Positions 10,139 to 19,767 of a stretch of 64,000 nt of DNA are shown in pieces; position 1 is the first letter of the stretch; each line of letters starts with the position of its first letter. The stretch comes from Candidatus Nomurabacteria bacterium (GTDB taxonomy: Bacteria > Patescibacteriota > Minisyncoccia > Phycocordibacterales > JACOZG01), in assembly GCA_020847275.1 (NCBI GenBank), contig JADLCI010000007.1, positions 108,272 to 172,271 of the forward strand, in the 5' to 3' direction. Made by a program: the position numbers and the translations under genes. The notes beneath the pieces were generated by a model. That model searched no databases. It was not told where the DNA came from and saw nothing but the letters and a program-made list of their open reading frames with translations.

Positions 10139-10660
10139 ATGGTGATGATTAAAAAAGGTTTTACAATTTTGGAAATTCTCATAGTTATAGCCATTGTTGG
10201 TACTTTGTCTGGGATTATACTCGTCTTTGTTTCTAGTGCTCGTACCAGTGCTGCCGATTCAACGATCAAATCTAGCTTGGGTAGCTTACGTAAGGAGGCG
10301 AGTATTTATTTCAATGACAGTTCTTTGGGTAACGGTCGTTACAACACAACGACGTTTTTGAAAAATAGCGTATGCCTGATTCCTGGTAATTCTTTCTGGG
10401 ATGGTACATTTATTGCGAACGGTTCTCAGGGTGAAAAGTTGATAACCCAAGCTTTGAATGGTAGGGCGGCATCTTTGTCGAGATGTCTTATGGATTCTGC
10501 TGGTACTGGCTGGGCTGCCGCGGTAACTAGCGCGTCTAGTAACGGCCAGTATTTTTGTGCCGACCATTACGGCACCAATAAGATTACACAGACTGGTTTG
10601 TCACTGCTCACACTTCTTCAGGCGGCTTCGGGGAATGGAGGTATTCCCATTTGTCCGTAG
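10139..10660 (+). CDS. Type IV pilin paralog
   Basis: MVMIKKG|FTILEILIVIAIVG prepilin leader. C-terminal Cys. Confidence 0.75.
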   Translation: MVMIKKGFTILEILIVIAIVGTLSGIILVFVSSARTSAADSTIKSSLGSLRKEASIYFNDSSLGNGRYNTTTFLKNSVCLIPGNSFWDGTFIANGSQGEKLITQALNGRAASLSRCLMDSAGTGWAAAVTSASSNGQYFCADHYGTNKITQTGLSLLTLLQAASGNGGIPICP

Positions 10661-10708
10661 TTCTGGGGCTGGTTTTTGTCCGGGGTGCTATTATCTACAC
10701 ACAGTCTT

Positions 10709-11299
10709 ATGTCAGGAAAAGCAGGCTTCACTCTGATTGAAATCCTAATTGTCATTGCGATAATTGGTCTCTTGTCTGGAATTGTCGTGGTGTTCTTGTC
10801 GGGTGCTAGGGGTAGAGGATATGACGTGGCTATTAAATCTAGTTTGAAGGAGATTAGAAATCTGGCAGAAATCTATTATTCGGAGAATGGACAGTATGTC
10901 AGTATTCCCTGTGGTGTTTCTGGTATAACACCTGGTATCGCTGGGGCCCTAAGAAGTTGCATTCTTTCTACGGTCAGTACTTATTGTCGACATAGTTCCG
11001 TGACACCATTTAGCGTTTTCAAGGACGTTAATGTGCTTGCCCGCGCCAGAGAAGCTTGTAATGCAAGCGGAGGGTCAAATTGTGATACTTCTGGTGGGTC
11101 AACTGATAATACCTTTTGTAAGGCCAGTAATAATGACTGGGCTGTAGCGGTTAAATTGCGTTCGGATTCCAGTCAGTGGTGGTGTGTCGACAGTAGTGGT
11201 GCGAACATCCAAACATCTGGGAGCAATGCTGATAATGGTGGCTCTGGCTCACTAACTCCAATAAATAGGATCAATAGTGGGCCCGCCACCTGTCAGTAG
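10709..11299 (+). CDS. Type IV pilin paralog; start at the internal MSGKAG|FTLIE
   Basis: Prepilin N-methylation motif. The upstream 11 codons of the track ORF carry no signal. Confidence 0.7.
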   Translation: MSGKAGFTLIEILIVIAIIGLLSGIVVVFLSGARGRGYDVAIKSSLKEIRNLAEIYYSENGQYVSIPCGVSGITPGIAGALRSCILSTVSTYCRHSSVTPFSVFKDVNVLARAREACNASGGSNCDTSGGSTDNTFCKASNNDWAVAVKLRSDSSQWWCVDSSGANIQTSGSNADNGGSGSLTPINRINSGPATCQ

Positions 11300-11308
11300 A
11301 GTTTTCTT

Positions 11309-12103
11309 TTGTGTTATAATAATCCCGTGGCGAGCTTTCCTCATCTAACAGTTTTTGTTCTAGGGTTGATCGTTGGCAGTTTTCTTAATGTTGTAATTTA
11401 TCGTTACAATACCGGAAGGAGTGTGGCTCGTGGTCGTTCGCGATGTCTGGCCTGCTCGCGCAATCTGCACTGGTTTGAACTGGTGCCAGTGGCGAGCTTC
11501 ATTGCCCTGCGGGGGCGTTGTCGGCGGTGTTTGAGCGGTATCTCGTGGCAATATCCGCTGGTCGAGCTGGTTACCGGCTTACTCTTTCTTCTCGCCAGTT
11601 GGCAATTCGGCATCAACCCCGCTTCTTGGCCTCTGCTTGCGGTTTATCTTGTTATCCTCTCGCTCTTGGTGGTGATTACGGTCTATGACTTTCGCCACAA
11701 GATTATTCCGGACGGTCTCGTTTACGCCTTCATCATTTTCTCTATTTTACCTGTTCTTTTCACGCGGGAGGGTGTAATAATTTTTAATCATCTTCTTGCC
11801 GGCCTCGCTCTCTTTGCCTTCTTCTTCTTACTCTGGGCGGTTTCTCGTGGTCGGTGGATGGGCTTTGGCGACGCCAAACTGGCTCTTGGGGTGGGCTTCT
11901 TGCTTGGCTTAACTGGTGGTGTTTCGGCCATTGTGTTTGCTTTCTGGTTTGGAGCCTTGGTCAGCGTCTGCGTTCTCATCTACGGACAATTGTCTGGTCG
12001 GGCGAAGTTTGGTTTGAAGAGCGAGGTGCCCTTTGCCCCCTTTATCGTTCTCGGATTATTCCTGAATCTTTTCTTTCATCTCAATGTCATTGCCCTTTTT
12101 TAA
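11309..12103 (+). CDS. pilD: Prepilin peptidase / N-methyltransferase PilD (A24 family)
   Basis: N-terminal Zn-finger CLACSRNL...GRCRRC. Polytopic membrane protein with the catalytic Asp region (GFGDAKL). Confidence 0.8.
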   Translation: MCYNNPVASFPHLTVFVLGLIVGSFLNVVIYRYNTGRSVARGRSRCLACSRNLHWFELVPVASFIALRGRCRRCLSGISWQYPLVELVTGLLFLLASWQFGINPASWPLLAVYLVILSLLVVITVYDFRHKIIPDGLVYAFIIFSILPVLFTREGVIIFNHLLAGLALFAFFFLLWAVSRGRWMGFGDAKLALGVGFLLGLTGGVSAIVFAFWFGALVSVCVLIYGQLSGRAKFGLKSEVPFAPFIVLGLFLNLFFHLNVIALF

Positions 12104-12755
12104 AAACAAGAATTTACAGAGCGGCTTCACGCTTGTGGAGATGGTTACGGTCGTGGCGATTATTGTCATCATGACGATTGTCGTTCTCGCCAATTTTCCG
12201 GAATTTCGAGACCGTTCTTCTCTCGAGTTGGTGGCGCAAGAGGTGGCGTTGGTTGTTCGGCAGGCGCAGGCCTTTGGCACCAATACGAGGGCCGCTTCTT
12301 TCTCCACGCTGGAGTTTCCTTCCTACGGCCTTTATTTCAATGTGAATGCGCCACCCGGTGCCGTATTCCAGTCCAATGATTCATTCCGGTTATTTGCCGA
12401 CGACCCTAGCCAGACTGGCTCTATTGGCCGCTACAGTGATGGAGAGGTTCCTTGTACTCCGGGCACCACCGAGTGTCGGGAGGTGTATCGTCTTCCAACT
12501 GGAATAACTTTCACAAAACTGGAAACATGTCAGAGTTCTGGCCCTTGTAGCAATATTACGGCGACCAATGCTCTAAATATTGTTTTCGCCCGCCCCAATC
12601 CAGAGGCGGCCTTCGTCAGCGAATCGGGTTCGAATCTCTGCGGTGGTTCTTGCAGTTATGCTAAAATTACTTTGAGTTCCGTTCGAGCTGGTACGACACA
12701 GTGCGTCTACATTTGGGCCACTGGCCATATTTATACCAAACCATCATGTCCATAA
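12084..12755 (+). CDS. Minor pilin / pseudopilin (GspH/FimT-like)
   Basis: MSLPFFKNKNLQSG|FTLVEMVTV prepilin leader. Overlaps the pilD 3' end. Confidence 0.65.
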   Translation: MSLPFFKNKNLQSGFTLVEMVTVVAIIVIMTIVVLANFPEFRDRSSLELVAQEVALVVRQAQAFGTNTRAASFSTLEFPSYGLYFNVNAPPGAVFQSNDSFRLFADDPSQTGSIGRYSDGEVPCTPGTTECREVYRLPTGITFTKLETCQSSGPCSNITATNALNIVFARPNPEAAFVSESGSNLCGGSCSYAKITLSSVRAGTTQCVYIWATGHIYTKPSCP

Positions 12756-13309
12756 AAAAATCTGGCTTCACTCTGGTCGAGATAATGGTTGCCGTTTCCA
12801 TTTTTACCGTTGTGGCGGTGATTGCGACTGGCGCGGTGATAACCGCCAATAATATAAACAAGAGGTCCCAGGCAATTAAGCTGGTGGTGGATAACCTCAA
12901 CTTCGCTCTCGATAGTCTGACGCTCAAGTTGAAGCAGGGCGGGGGTTACTACTGCGATAGTGATGCCACCAATGTCTATCCGGTTGGAGCTGATTCCCGT
13001 AATTGTTCTGGGGAGTCAAGGCTTGCCTTTAGGGTTGAAGATGGTGCCGGTAGCTACGACTATTACATCTATCTTTTCTCTGGAAATAAACTTCAATTTT
13101 CGAAGGGTGTTGGATCAAGCGCGTCAATGTCGCCGCTTGTCCCGATTACGGCCGATGACGTGAACATTAATTCCGGTCGATTTTATGTTTTTGACAACGG
13201 CTTACCCGATAAACAACCCCGCGCGCTAATTAGTGTTTATGGTACTGCCACAGCGGGGAAGCAATCCAGTAGTTTCGCCGTTGAGACAACCGTTTCAGAT
13301 CGACGTTAG
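12746..13309 (+). CDS. Minor pilin (PilW/PulJ-like); start at MSIKKSG|FTLVE
   Basis: Prepilin motif at an internal ATG. The upstream part of the track ORF overlaps the previous gene. Confidence 0.65.
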   Translation: MSIKKSGFTLVEIMVAVSIFTVVAVIATGAVITANNINKRSQAIKLVVDNLNFALDSLTLKLKQGGGYYCDSDATNVYPVGADSRNCSGESRLAFRVEDGAGSYDYYIYLFSGNKLQFSKGVGSSASMSPLVPITADDVNINSGRFYVFDNGLPDKQPRALISVYGTATAGKQSSSFAVETTVSDRR

Positions 13310-13312
13310 AAT

Positions 13313-13891
13313 ATGAAAAAAATAAAGAAAAATTTGTCCACCGGTCTCACTTTGATTGAAACATTAGTTGCCATCACTATTCTTGTCGTTGGGGTGTTGG
13401 GTCCGCTAAATATTGCCTCCCGCGGAATCGGTGACGGTATCTTCGCGGCCAACCAATTAGCGGCGAACTATCTTGCCCAAGAAGCATTGGAAGTGATAAT
13501 CAACAAGCGCTATGCCACTATTCGTAAGGCGCAATACACCACGATTCCCGACTGGACTATTGATGCTGGTTTAAGCACTTGTATGTCATCTGGTAACCAC
13601 TGCGGTGTTAATTCTCTTACCGCTGCTCTTACGGCGGATTGTGGTAGTCTCACGGGGCCATCGAATAATTCCTGTGCACTGGTTTTCAATATCACTAATG
13701 GGATATATCAATCGCCCACAACTTTGCCGGTTGAGAATCGTGGCACCGTATTCAATCGCTCGGTGAAGATTTCGGCAGTTGACGCGGCGAGCCCCCCCAA
13801 CGAAATCAAGGTTACGGTGACGGTAAAATGGAACAATAAGAATGTTCCTAGAACGCTAACGATTGTCGAACACCTATTCAGTAAAGGATAA
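13313..13891 (+). CDS. Minor pilin (PilV-like)
   Basis: MKKIKKNLSTG|LTLIETLVAIT prepilin-type leader. Confidence 0.6.
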   Translation: MKKIKKNLSTGLTLIETLVAITILVVGVLGPLNIASRGIGDGIFAANQLAANYLAQEALEVIINKRYATIRKAQYTTIPDWTIDAGLSTCMSSGNHCGVNSLTAALTADCGSLTGPSNNSCALVFNITNGIYQSPTTLPVENRGTVFNRSVKISAVDAASPPNEIKVTVTVKWNNKNVPRTLTIVEHLFSKG

Positions 13892-13892
13892 T

Positions 13893-14429
13893 ATGGCAAA
13901 TAATTATCAAAAAAAACAAGGCGTGGTTATTCTATTCGCGATTCTACTCGTCTCAATTGTTTTAACGGTTGGTTTAACATTACTCAACATTACCTTACGA
14001 CAATTAATTTTGTCATCACTGGCGCGCGAATCGCAATTTGCTTTTTATGCGGCCGATAGCGCTCGAAATTGTGCCAGGTATTACGACAGTATTGATCCCG
14101 CCGACCAGAGGCCGTTTGGCTACTTTACTACCAGTGGCGGATTACTCTATGTTCCGCCGACGTCTACTTCTCTAACTTGCGGTGCTTCGTCCACAATGCT
14201 ACCAGCTGTTGATGGGTCAGACACCGTTACCTTCAAGTTCGTGGTTGCCTTCAATGATGGGGCTAGCCCGGCAAAAGAGAGTTGCGCGAATGTGACAGTT
14301 GTTAAGTTTAAGGCTACTGGAAAAACTGATATTAAATCTCGTGGTTACAATAGTTATGGGTCCAACAATTTCGACTGTTACCAGCCGGGGGATCGCACCG
14401 TGGAACGAGCTTCCTCTATGGTATACTAG
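13893..14429 (+). CDS. PilX-like minor pilin / pilus tip protein
   Basis: N-terminal hydrophobic helix QKKQGVVILFAILLVSIVL without E at +5. Last gene of the pilin block. Confidence 0.45.
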   Translation: MANNYQKKQGVVILFAILLVSIVLTVGLTLLNITLRQLILSSLARESQFAFYAADSARNCARYYDSIDPADQRPFGYFTTSGGLLYVPPTSTSLTCGASSTMLPAVDGSDTVTFKFVVAFNDGASPAKESCANVTVVKFKATGKTDIKSRGYNSYGSNNFDCYQPGDRTVERASSMVY

Positions 14430-16403
<1,974 letters not shown>

Positions 16404-16407
16404 AAAA

Positions 16408-16433
16408 ACAGCAGGGGAATCAACCCCTGCTGT
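16408..16433. terminator. Bidirectional hairpin terminator; the T-run is on the minus strand
   Basis: cagcagggg-aatcaa-cccctgctg. The A7 run on plus (T7 on minus) favours termination of the minus-strand small gene, and it also follows the ligA stop. Confidence 0.65.
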
Positions 16434-16444
16434 CCGTGGTGGTT

Positions 16445-16621
16445 TTATCGGCTGAGAAAGACTGTTAAACAGCAGATGACCGAGACCACGAGTCCAATTG
16501 TGCCCGCCAAGCTCGATTTGGCGTTATTCCTGCCGAAAGAAAGTGCGGTGTCAAGGCAGAAAACCAGAAACCCCAAAAGACAGACGACAAACAAAAATGT
16601 CTCGGCTCCTTCCGTTATCAT
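16445..16621 (-). CDS. Unannotated 58-aa two-TM small membrane protein, below the ORF-track cutoff
   Basis: The reverse-complement translates to MITEGAETFLFVVCLLGFLVFCLDTALSFGRNNAKSSLAGTIGLVVSVICCLTVFLSR. A GGAGG Shine-Dalgarno lies 8 nt upstream and a hairpin plus T7 lies downstream. Confidence 0.55.
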   Translation of the reverse strand: MITEGAETFLFVVCLLGFLVFCLDTALSFGRNNAKSSLAGTIGLVVSVICCLTVFLSR

Positions 16622-16684
16622 CCGTTAATCCTCCAAAGTGGAAAGTCCAATTGTCACAAGCCGTTTATATATTTATCAAATTTA

Positions 16685-16730
16685 TTGACAAAAGTCAAAT
16701 ACGAGAATTATCCTGACTTTGTGTTAAAAT
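16685..16730 (+). promoter_or_regulatory. Promoter candidate for gatC
   Basis: TTGACA (16685-16690), 18 nt, TATCCT. An extended -10 TGTTAAAAT lies at 16722-16730. The gatC GTG start at 16737 has almost no leader. Confidence 0.3.
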
Positions 16731-16736
16731 GAAATA

Positions 16737-16979
16737 GTGATTACCAATGACGAGGTAAGGAATCTGGCAAACCTGGCGCGGATCGGGCTAACCCCAGAGG
16801 AAGAAACAAAACTGACCAGCGAGCTGGGTCAGATTCTTAATTATGTGGGAGAATTAGGTGCCGCCGTGGGTGAGACGGTGAACGACCTAGGCGAGAATAA
16901 GAATAATTTACGAGAGGATGGTGAACCATTGCCGGCCCTAGAGAAAGGGGAGTTTGTGAAAGTGAAGAAAATTTTATGA
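16737..16979 (+). CDS. gatC: Asp/Glu-tRNA amidotransferase subunit C
   Basis: 80 aa with LTPEEETKLTSELGQILNYV. Overlaps gatA by ATGA. Confidence 0.75.
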   Translation: MITNDEVRNLANLARIGLTPEEETKLTSELGQILNYVGELGAAVGETVNDLGENKNNLREDGEPLPALEKGEFVKVKKIL

Positions 16980-18277
16980 GTTATCCGGAAATAGACAATG
17001 CGCAGCTGAACGCTTTCTTGGAAGTTTTTGCTGATGTCGCGGAGCAGAAGAGAGTTCAATCTGGAGAGACGGGTCCACTTGCCGGCTTGAAGATTGCGGT
17101 GAAGGATAACATTTTAATCAAGGGAAGGATTAGCTCATCGGGGTCCAAGATTTTGAGTAATTATATAGCAAGCTATGACGCGACGGTAATCAAGAAGTTG
17201 CGTGAAGCGGGGGCAGTCTTTGTTGGCCGTACTAATATGGATGAATTTGCAATGGGAGCATCAACGGAGAACTCGGCGTACGGGGTTACGAAAAATCCGC
17301 ATGATTTGAGTCGCGTGGCGGGTGGATCATCTGGTGGGTCAGCCGCGGTCGTTGCCGCCGGTCTGGCTGATGCGGCTCTTGGTTCTGATACCGGTGGTTC
17401 TATTCGCCAGCCAGCCAGTTTCTGTGGAGTAGTTGGGTTGAAACCAACCTATGGTCGCGTATCGCGCTTTGGTCTTACTGCCCTCGCCTCTTCTCTAGAT
17501 CAAATTGGTCCAATTGCTAAAACCGTGAACATGGTGGAGAAAATTTATCAGGTGATTGCTGGCTATGACGAGAATGATGCCACGAGTGTGGACGCTAAAT
17601 TTTTTGAAACAAAAAAAGATGAGAAGCTAAAGATTGGTGTACCTAGACACCTGCTCGCGTCTGGGGTTGATCCGGAAGTTCTTCAAAATTTTGAGGATAC
17701 GTTGAAAAAATTAGCTCGTTTGGGTCACGAAGTGATTGATATTGAATTGCCCGCCGTGAAATATGCCATTGCTTGTTATTACATCATTATGCCAGCGGAG
17801 GCATCCACCAACCTCTCGCGCTTTGATGGCTTGCGTTATGGCCTGAAGAAAGAGGGAGAGAATCTGCTTGATGATTATTTGCAAACACGAGGAACAGGGT
17901 TCGGCTCGGAGACGCGACGGAGAATAATTCTGGGTACCTATGTTTTATCCTCTGGCTACTATGACGCTTATTATGGTCAGGCGACACGGGTGCGTGGTTT
18001 CATCAAGCAAGATTTCGTCCGAGCCTTCCAGCGGGTGGACGCGATCGCTCTTCCAACCGCACCCACCACCGCTTTCAAAATTGGCGAGAAGGCGAATGAC
18101 CCACTGCAAATGTATCTGGCCGATGTTTTCACCTCTCCCGCCAATTTAGCCGGTTTACCCGCAATTTCTATTCCCTCCGGTAAGGATAGCAACAATTTGC
18201 CGATCGGTTTCCAGCTCATCGCTCCACCGTGGCGTGAAGACAGGTTGTTTGCCCTCGGCCTTCAAATTGAATCATGA
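16976..18277 (+). CDS. gatA: Asp/Glu-tRNA amidotransferase subunit A (amidase signature family)
   Basis: Amidase signature GGSSGGSAAVVAAG. Catalytic Ser/Lys context. Confidence 0.85.
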   Translation: MSYPEIDNAQLNAFLEVFADVAEQKRVQSGETGPLAGLKIAVKDNILIKGRISSSGSKILSNYIASYDATVIKKLREAGAVFVGRTNMDEFAMGASTENSAYGVTKNPHDLSRVAGGSSGGSAAVVAAGLADAALGSDTGGSIRQPASFCGVVGLKPTYGRVSRFGLTALASSLDQIGPIAKTVNMVEKIYQVIAGYDENDATSVDAKFFETKKDEKLKIGVPRHLLASGVDPEVLQNFEDTLKKLARLGHEVIDIELPAVKYAIACYYIIMPAEASTNLSRFDGLRYGLKKEGENLLDDYLQTRGTGFGSETRRRIILGTYVLSSGYYDAYYGQATRVRGFIKQDFVRAFQRVDAIALPTAPTTAFKIGEKANDPLQMYLADVFTSPANLAGLPAISIPSGKDSNNLPIGFQLIAPPWREDRLFALGLQIES

Positions 18278-18816
18278 TTATCAAATATTTTAATCTACAA
18301 TATTTCTACAATCTAATATATCGGCTAATCACCAGTCCGTGGTATTTAGAAGTGCCTGTCTGGTTTCCGCTCGTTTGGCTTCTTGTCATCATTGCCCTGT
18401 GGATTGCCATTGTCGCGATTGCCCTAAAAATATATCGACAACGCAAAGAAGAGTCGGCTGATCTAGAGTTTCTCTTGAAAAATAAGTCAGCCGAGCCGGT
18501 GGAGAAGAATGACCGGTGGGAGAAGGTTCTGAAATATTTGGAATCAGAAAATCCAGCAGAATGGAAATTGGCGATTATCGAAGCGGATACAATGCTTGAC
18601 GATTTAGTTAAGTCGCTTAAGCCGGTGGGGGAGAATCTGGGTGAAAGATTGAAAAGTATTGAACCGAGCGACTTCCTGACCATTCAAGAAGCGTGGGACG
18701 CACATAAGGTTCGTAATCGTATTGCTCATGAATCCGATTTTCAACTCTCTCGTCACGAGACCTCACGGGTGATCGGTTTATTCCGCCAAGTGTTTGAGGA
18801 GTTCAAATATATCTAG
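18274..18816 (+). CDS. Hypothetical membrane-anchored protein
   Basis: N-terminal TM helix then a charged helical region. No recognisable motif. Confidence 0.4.
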   Translation: MIIKYFNLQYFYNLIYRLITSPWYLEVPVWFPLVWLLVIIALWIAIVAIALKIYRQRKEESADLEFLLKNKSAEPVEKNDRWEKVLKYLESENPAEWKLAIIEADTMLDDLVKSLKPVGENLGERLKSIEPSDFLTIQEAWDAHKVRNRIAHESDFQLSRHETSRVIGLFRQVFEEFKYI

Positions 18817-18861
18817 TTCACCTAGCCTTTTTCATTCAATGTGCTAGAATGTAGTCCACTC

Positions 18862-18935
18862 TGCGGGGTAGAGTAACAGTAATTCGCGAGGCTCATAACC
18901 TTGAGATCTTGGTGCAAATCCAGGCCCCGCAACCA
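18862..18935 (+). tRNA. tRNA(CAU) with an atypical D-loop and T-loop; initiator-like A11:U24
   Basis: Acceptor TGCGGGG/CCCCGCA + A + encoded CCA. Anticodon stem CGAGG/CCTTG with loop CTCATAA (CAU). D-loop AACAGTA lacks GG. T-loop is TGCAAAT. Confidence 0.55.
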
Positions 18936-18948
18936 GCCAGAAAATTAA

Positions 18949-19024
18949 GTCGGCGTAGCTCAGTTGGTTAGAGCGTGGGACTCATAAGCCCAAGGTCGCT
19001 GGTTCGATTCCAGCCGCCGACACC
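18949..19024 (+). tRNA. tRNA-Met/Ile2 (CAU), elongator-type
   Basis: Cloverleaf GTCGGCG...CGCCGAC, closely parallel to E. coli elongator tRNA-Met. Anticodon loop CTCATAA. G1-C72 is paired. There is a 31:39 A/G mismatch. Confidence 0.75.
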
Positions 19025-19053
19025 GTTTTTTAATAGAATTTGAAAAACGAAAC

Positions 19054-19130
19054 GCGGCCGTAGCTCAACTGGTTAGAGCACTCGCCTGTCACGCGAGAGG
19101 TTGCCGGTTCAAGTCCGGTCGGCCGCGCCA
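19054..19130 (+). tRNA. tRNA-Asp (GUC)
   Basis: GCGGCCG...CGGCCGC acceptor with encoded CCA. Anticodon loop CTGTCAC. Confidence 0.85.
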
Positions 19131-19158
19131 ACGATATCTAGACCAACATACTTTTGAT

Positions 19159-19554
19159 ATGGATATTACTAATGAGTTCTCGTTTGTGCTAAAGCCATCG
19201 CAACATGGTATTGGAGTTTTTGCTGTTCATAAAATCTTGAAAGATACTCATCTTCGTCTTTTTGGAGATAATGAGACATTGGATTTGCGTTCCATTGCTC
19301 GTCCAAAAGAAAATGTTCCAAACCCATTTCACTCTTATTGTATGGAAAGAAAAGGTGCATTGATTTGTCCAGAAGATTTTGGGCGGATGCATGTTGGTTG
19401 GTATCTGAATCATTCAAAAAACCCGAATACCCGTCGGGACGAAGATTTTAAATGGTATTCTTCAAGAGATATTGAAGCTGGAGAAGAAGTATTGATTGAC
19501 TACAATTCTCTTGAAGAGCCAGATGAAGCAAAGGAGGATTATTACAAATCCTAA
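19159..19554 (+). CDS. Minimal SET-domain protein (vSET-like protein-lysine methyltransferase fold), 131 aa
   Basis: GIGVFAV (GxG), NHSKNPN (cf. NHSCxPN) and EEVLIDY (ELxF/YDY) SET motifs. About 37% GC versus about 48% in the flanks. Sits between tRNA genes. Confidence 0.65.
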   Translation: MDITNEFSFVLKPSQHGIGVFAVHKILKDTHLRLFGDNETLDLRSIARPKENVPNPFHSYCMERKGALICPEDFGRMHVGWYLNHSKNPNTRRDEDFKWYSSRDIEAGEEVLIDYNSLEEPDEAKEDYYKS

Positions 19555-19593
19555 GATGGCTTTTTCTCGCTTTTTATAGTAAATTTGTGGGGC

Positions 19594-19668
19594 GCCAGAG
19601 TAGTTCAGTGGTAGAACGCCATCTTGGTAAGATGGAGGTCGAGAGTCCGATTCTCTCCTCTGGCTCCA
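19594..19668 (+). tRNA. tRNA-Thr (GGU)
   Basis: GCCAGAG...CTCTGGC acceptor, T, CCA. Anticodon loop TTGGTAA. Confidence 0.8.
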
Positions 19669-19680
19669 GTTTTTTGAAAA

Positions 19681-19756
19681 GCCACCTTAGCTCAGCTGGT
19701 AGAGCACCACTTTCGTAAAGTGGGGGTCCCCGGTTCAATCCCGGGAGGTGGCTCCA
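19681..19756 (+). tRNA. tRNA-Thr (CGU)
   Basis: GCCACCT...AGGTGGC acceptor with encoded CCA. Anticodon loop TTCGTAA. Confidence 0.8.
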
Positions 19757-19767
19757 GAGTCAGAATT

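Noticed and set aside
16498-16716. 72-aa plus-strand ORF between ligA and gatC
   Set aside because: Arg/Lys/Pro-rich low-complexity translation with no SD. A minus-strand 58-aa membrane protein with a strong SD and terminator explains the region better.
19720-19767. Track start of the release-factor ORF at 19720, and of ORF 44470 at 44470
   Set aside because: Both extensions run through tRNA genes (tRNA-Thr and tRNA-Ser). Internal ATGs with SD contexts (19768 and 44650) are the plausible starts.
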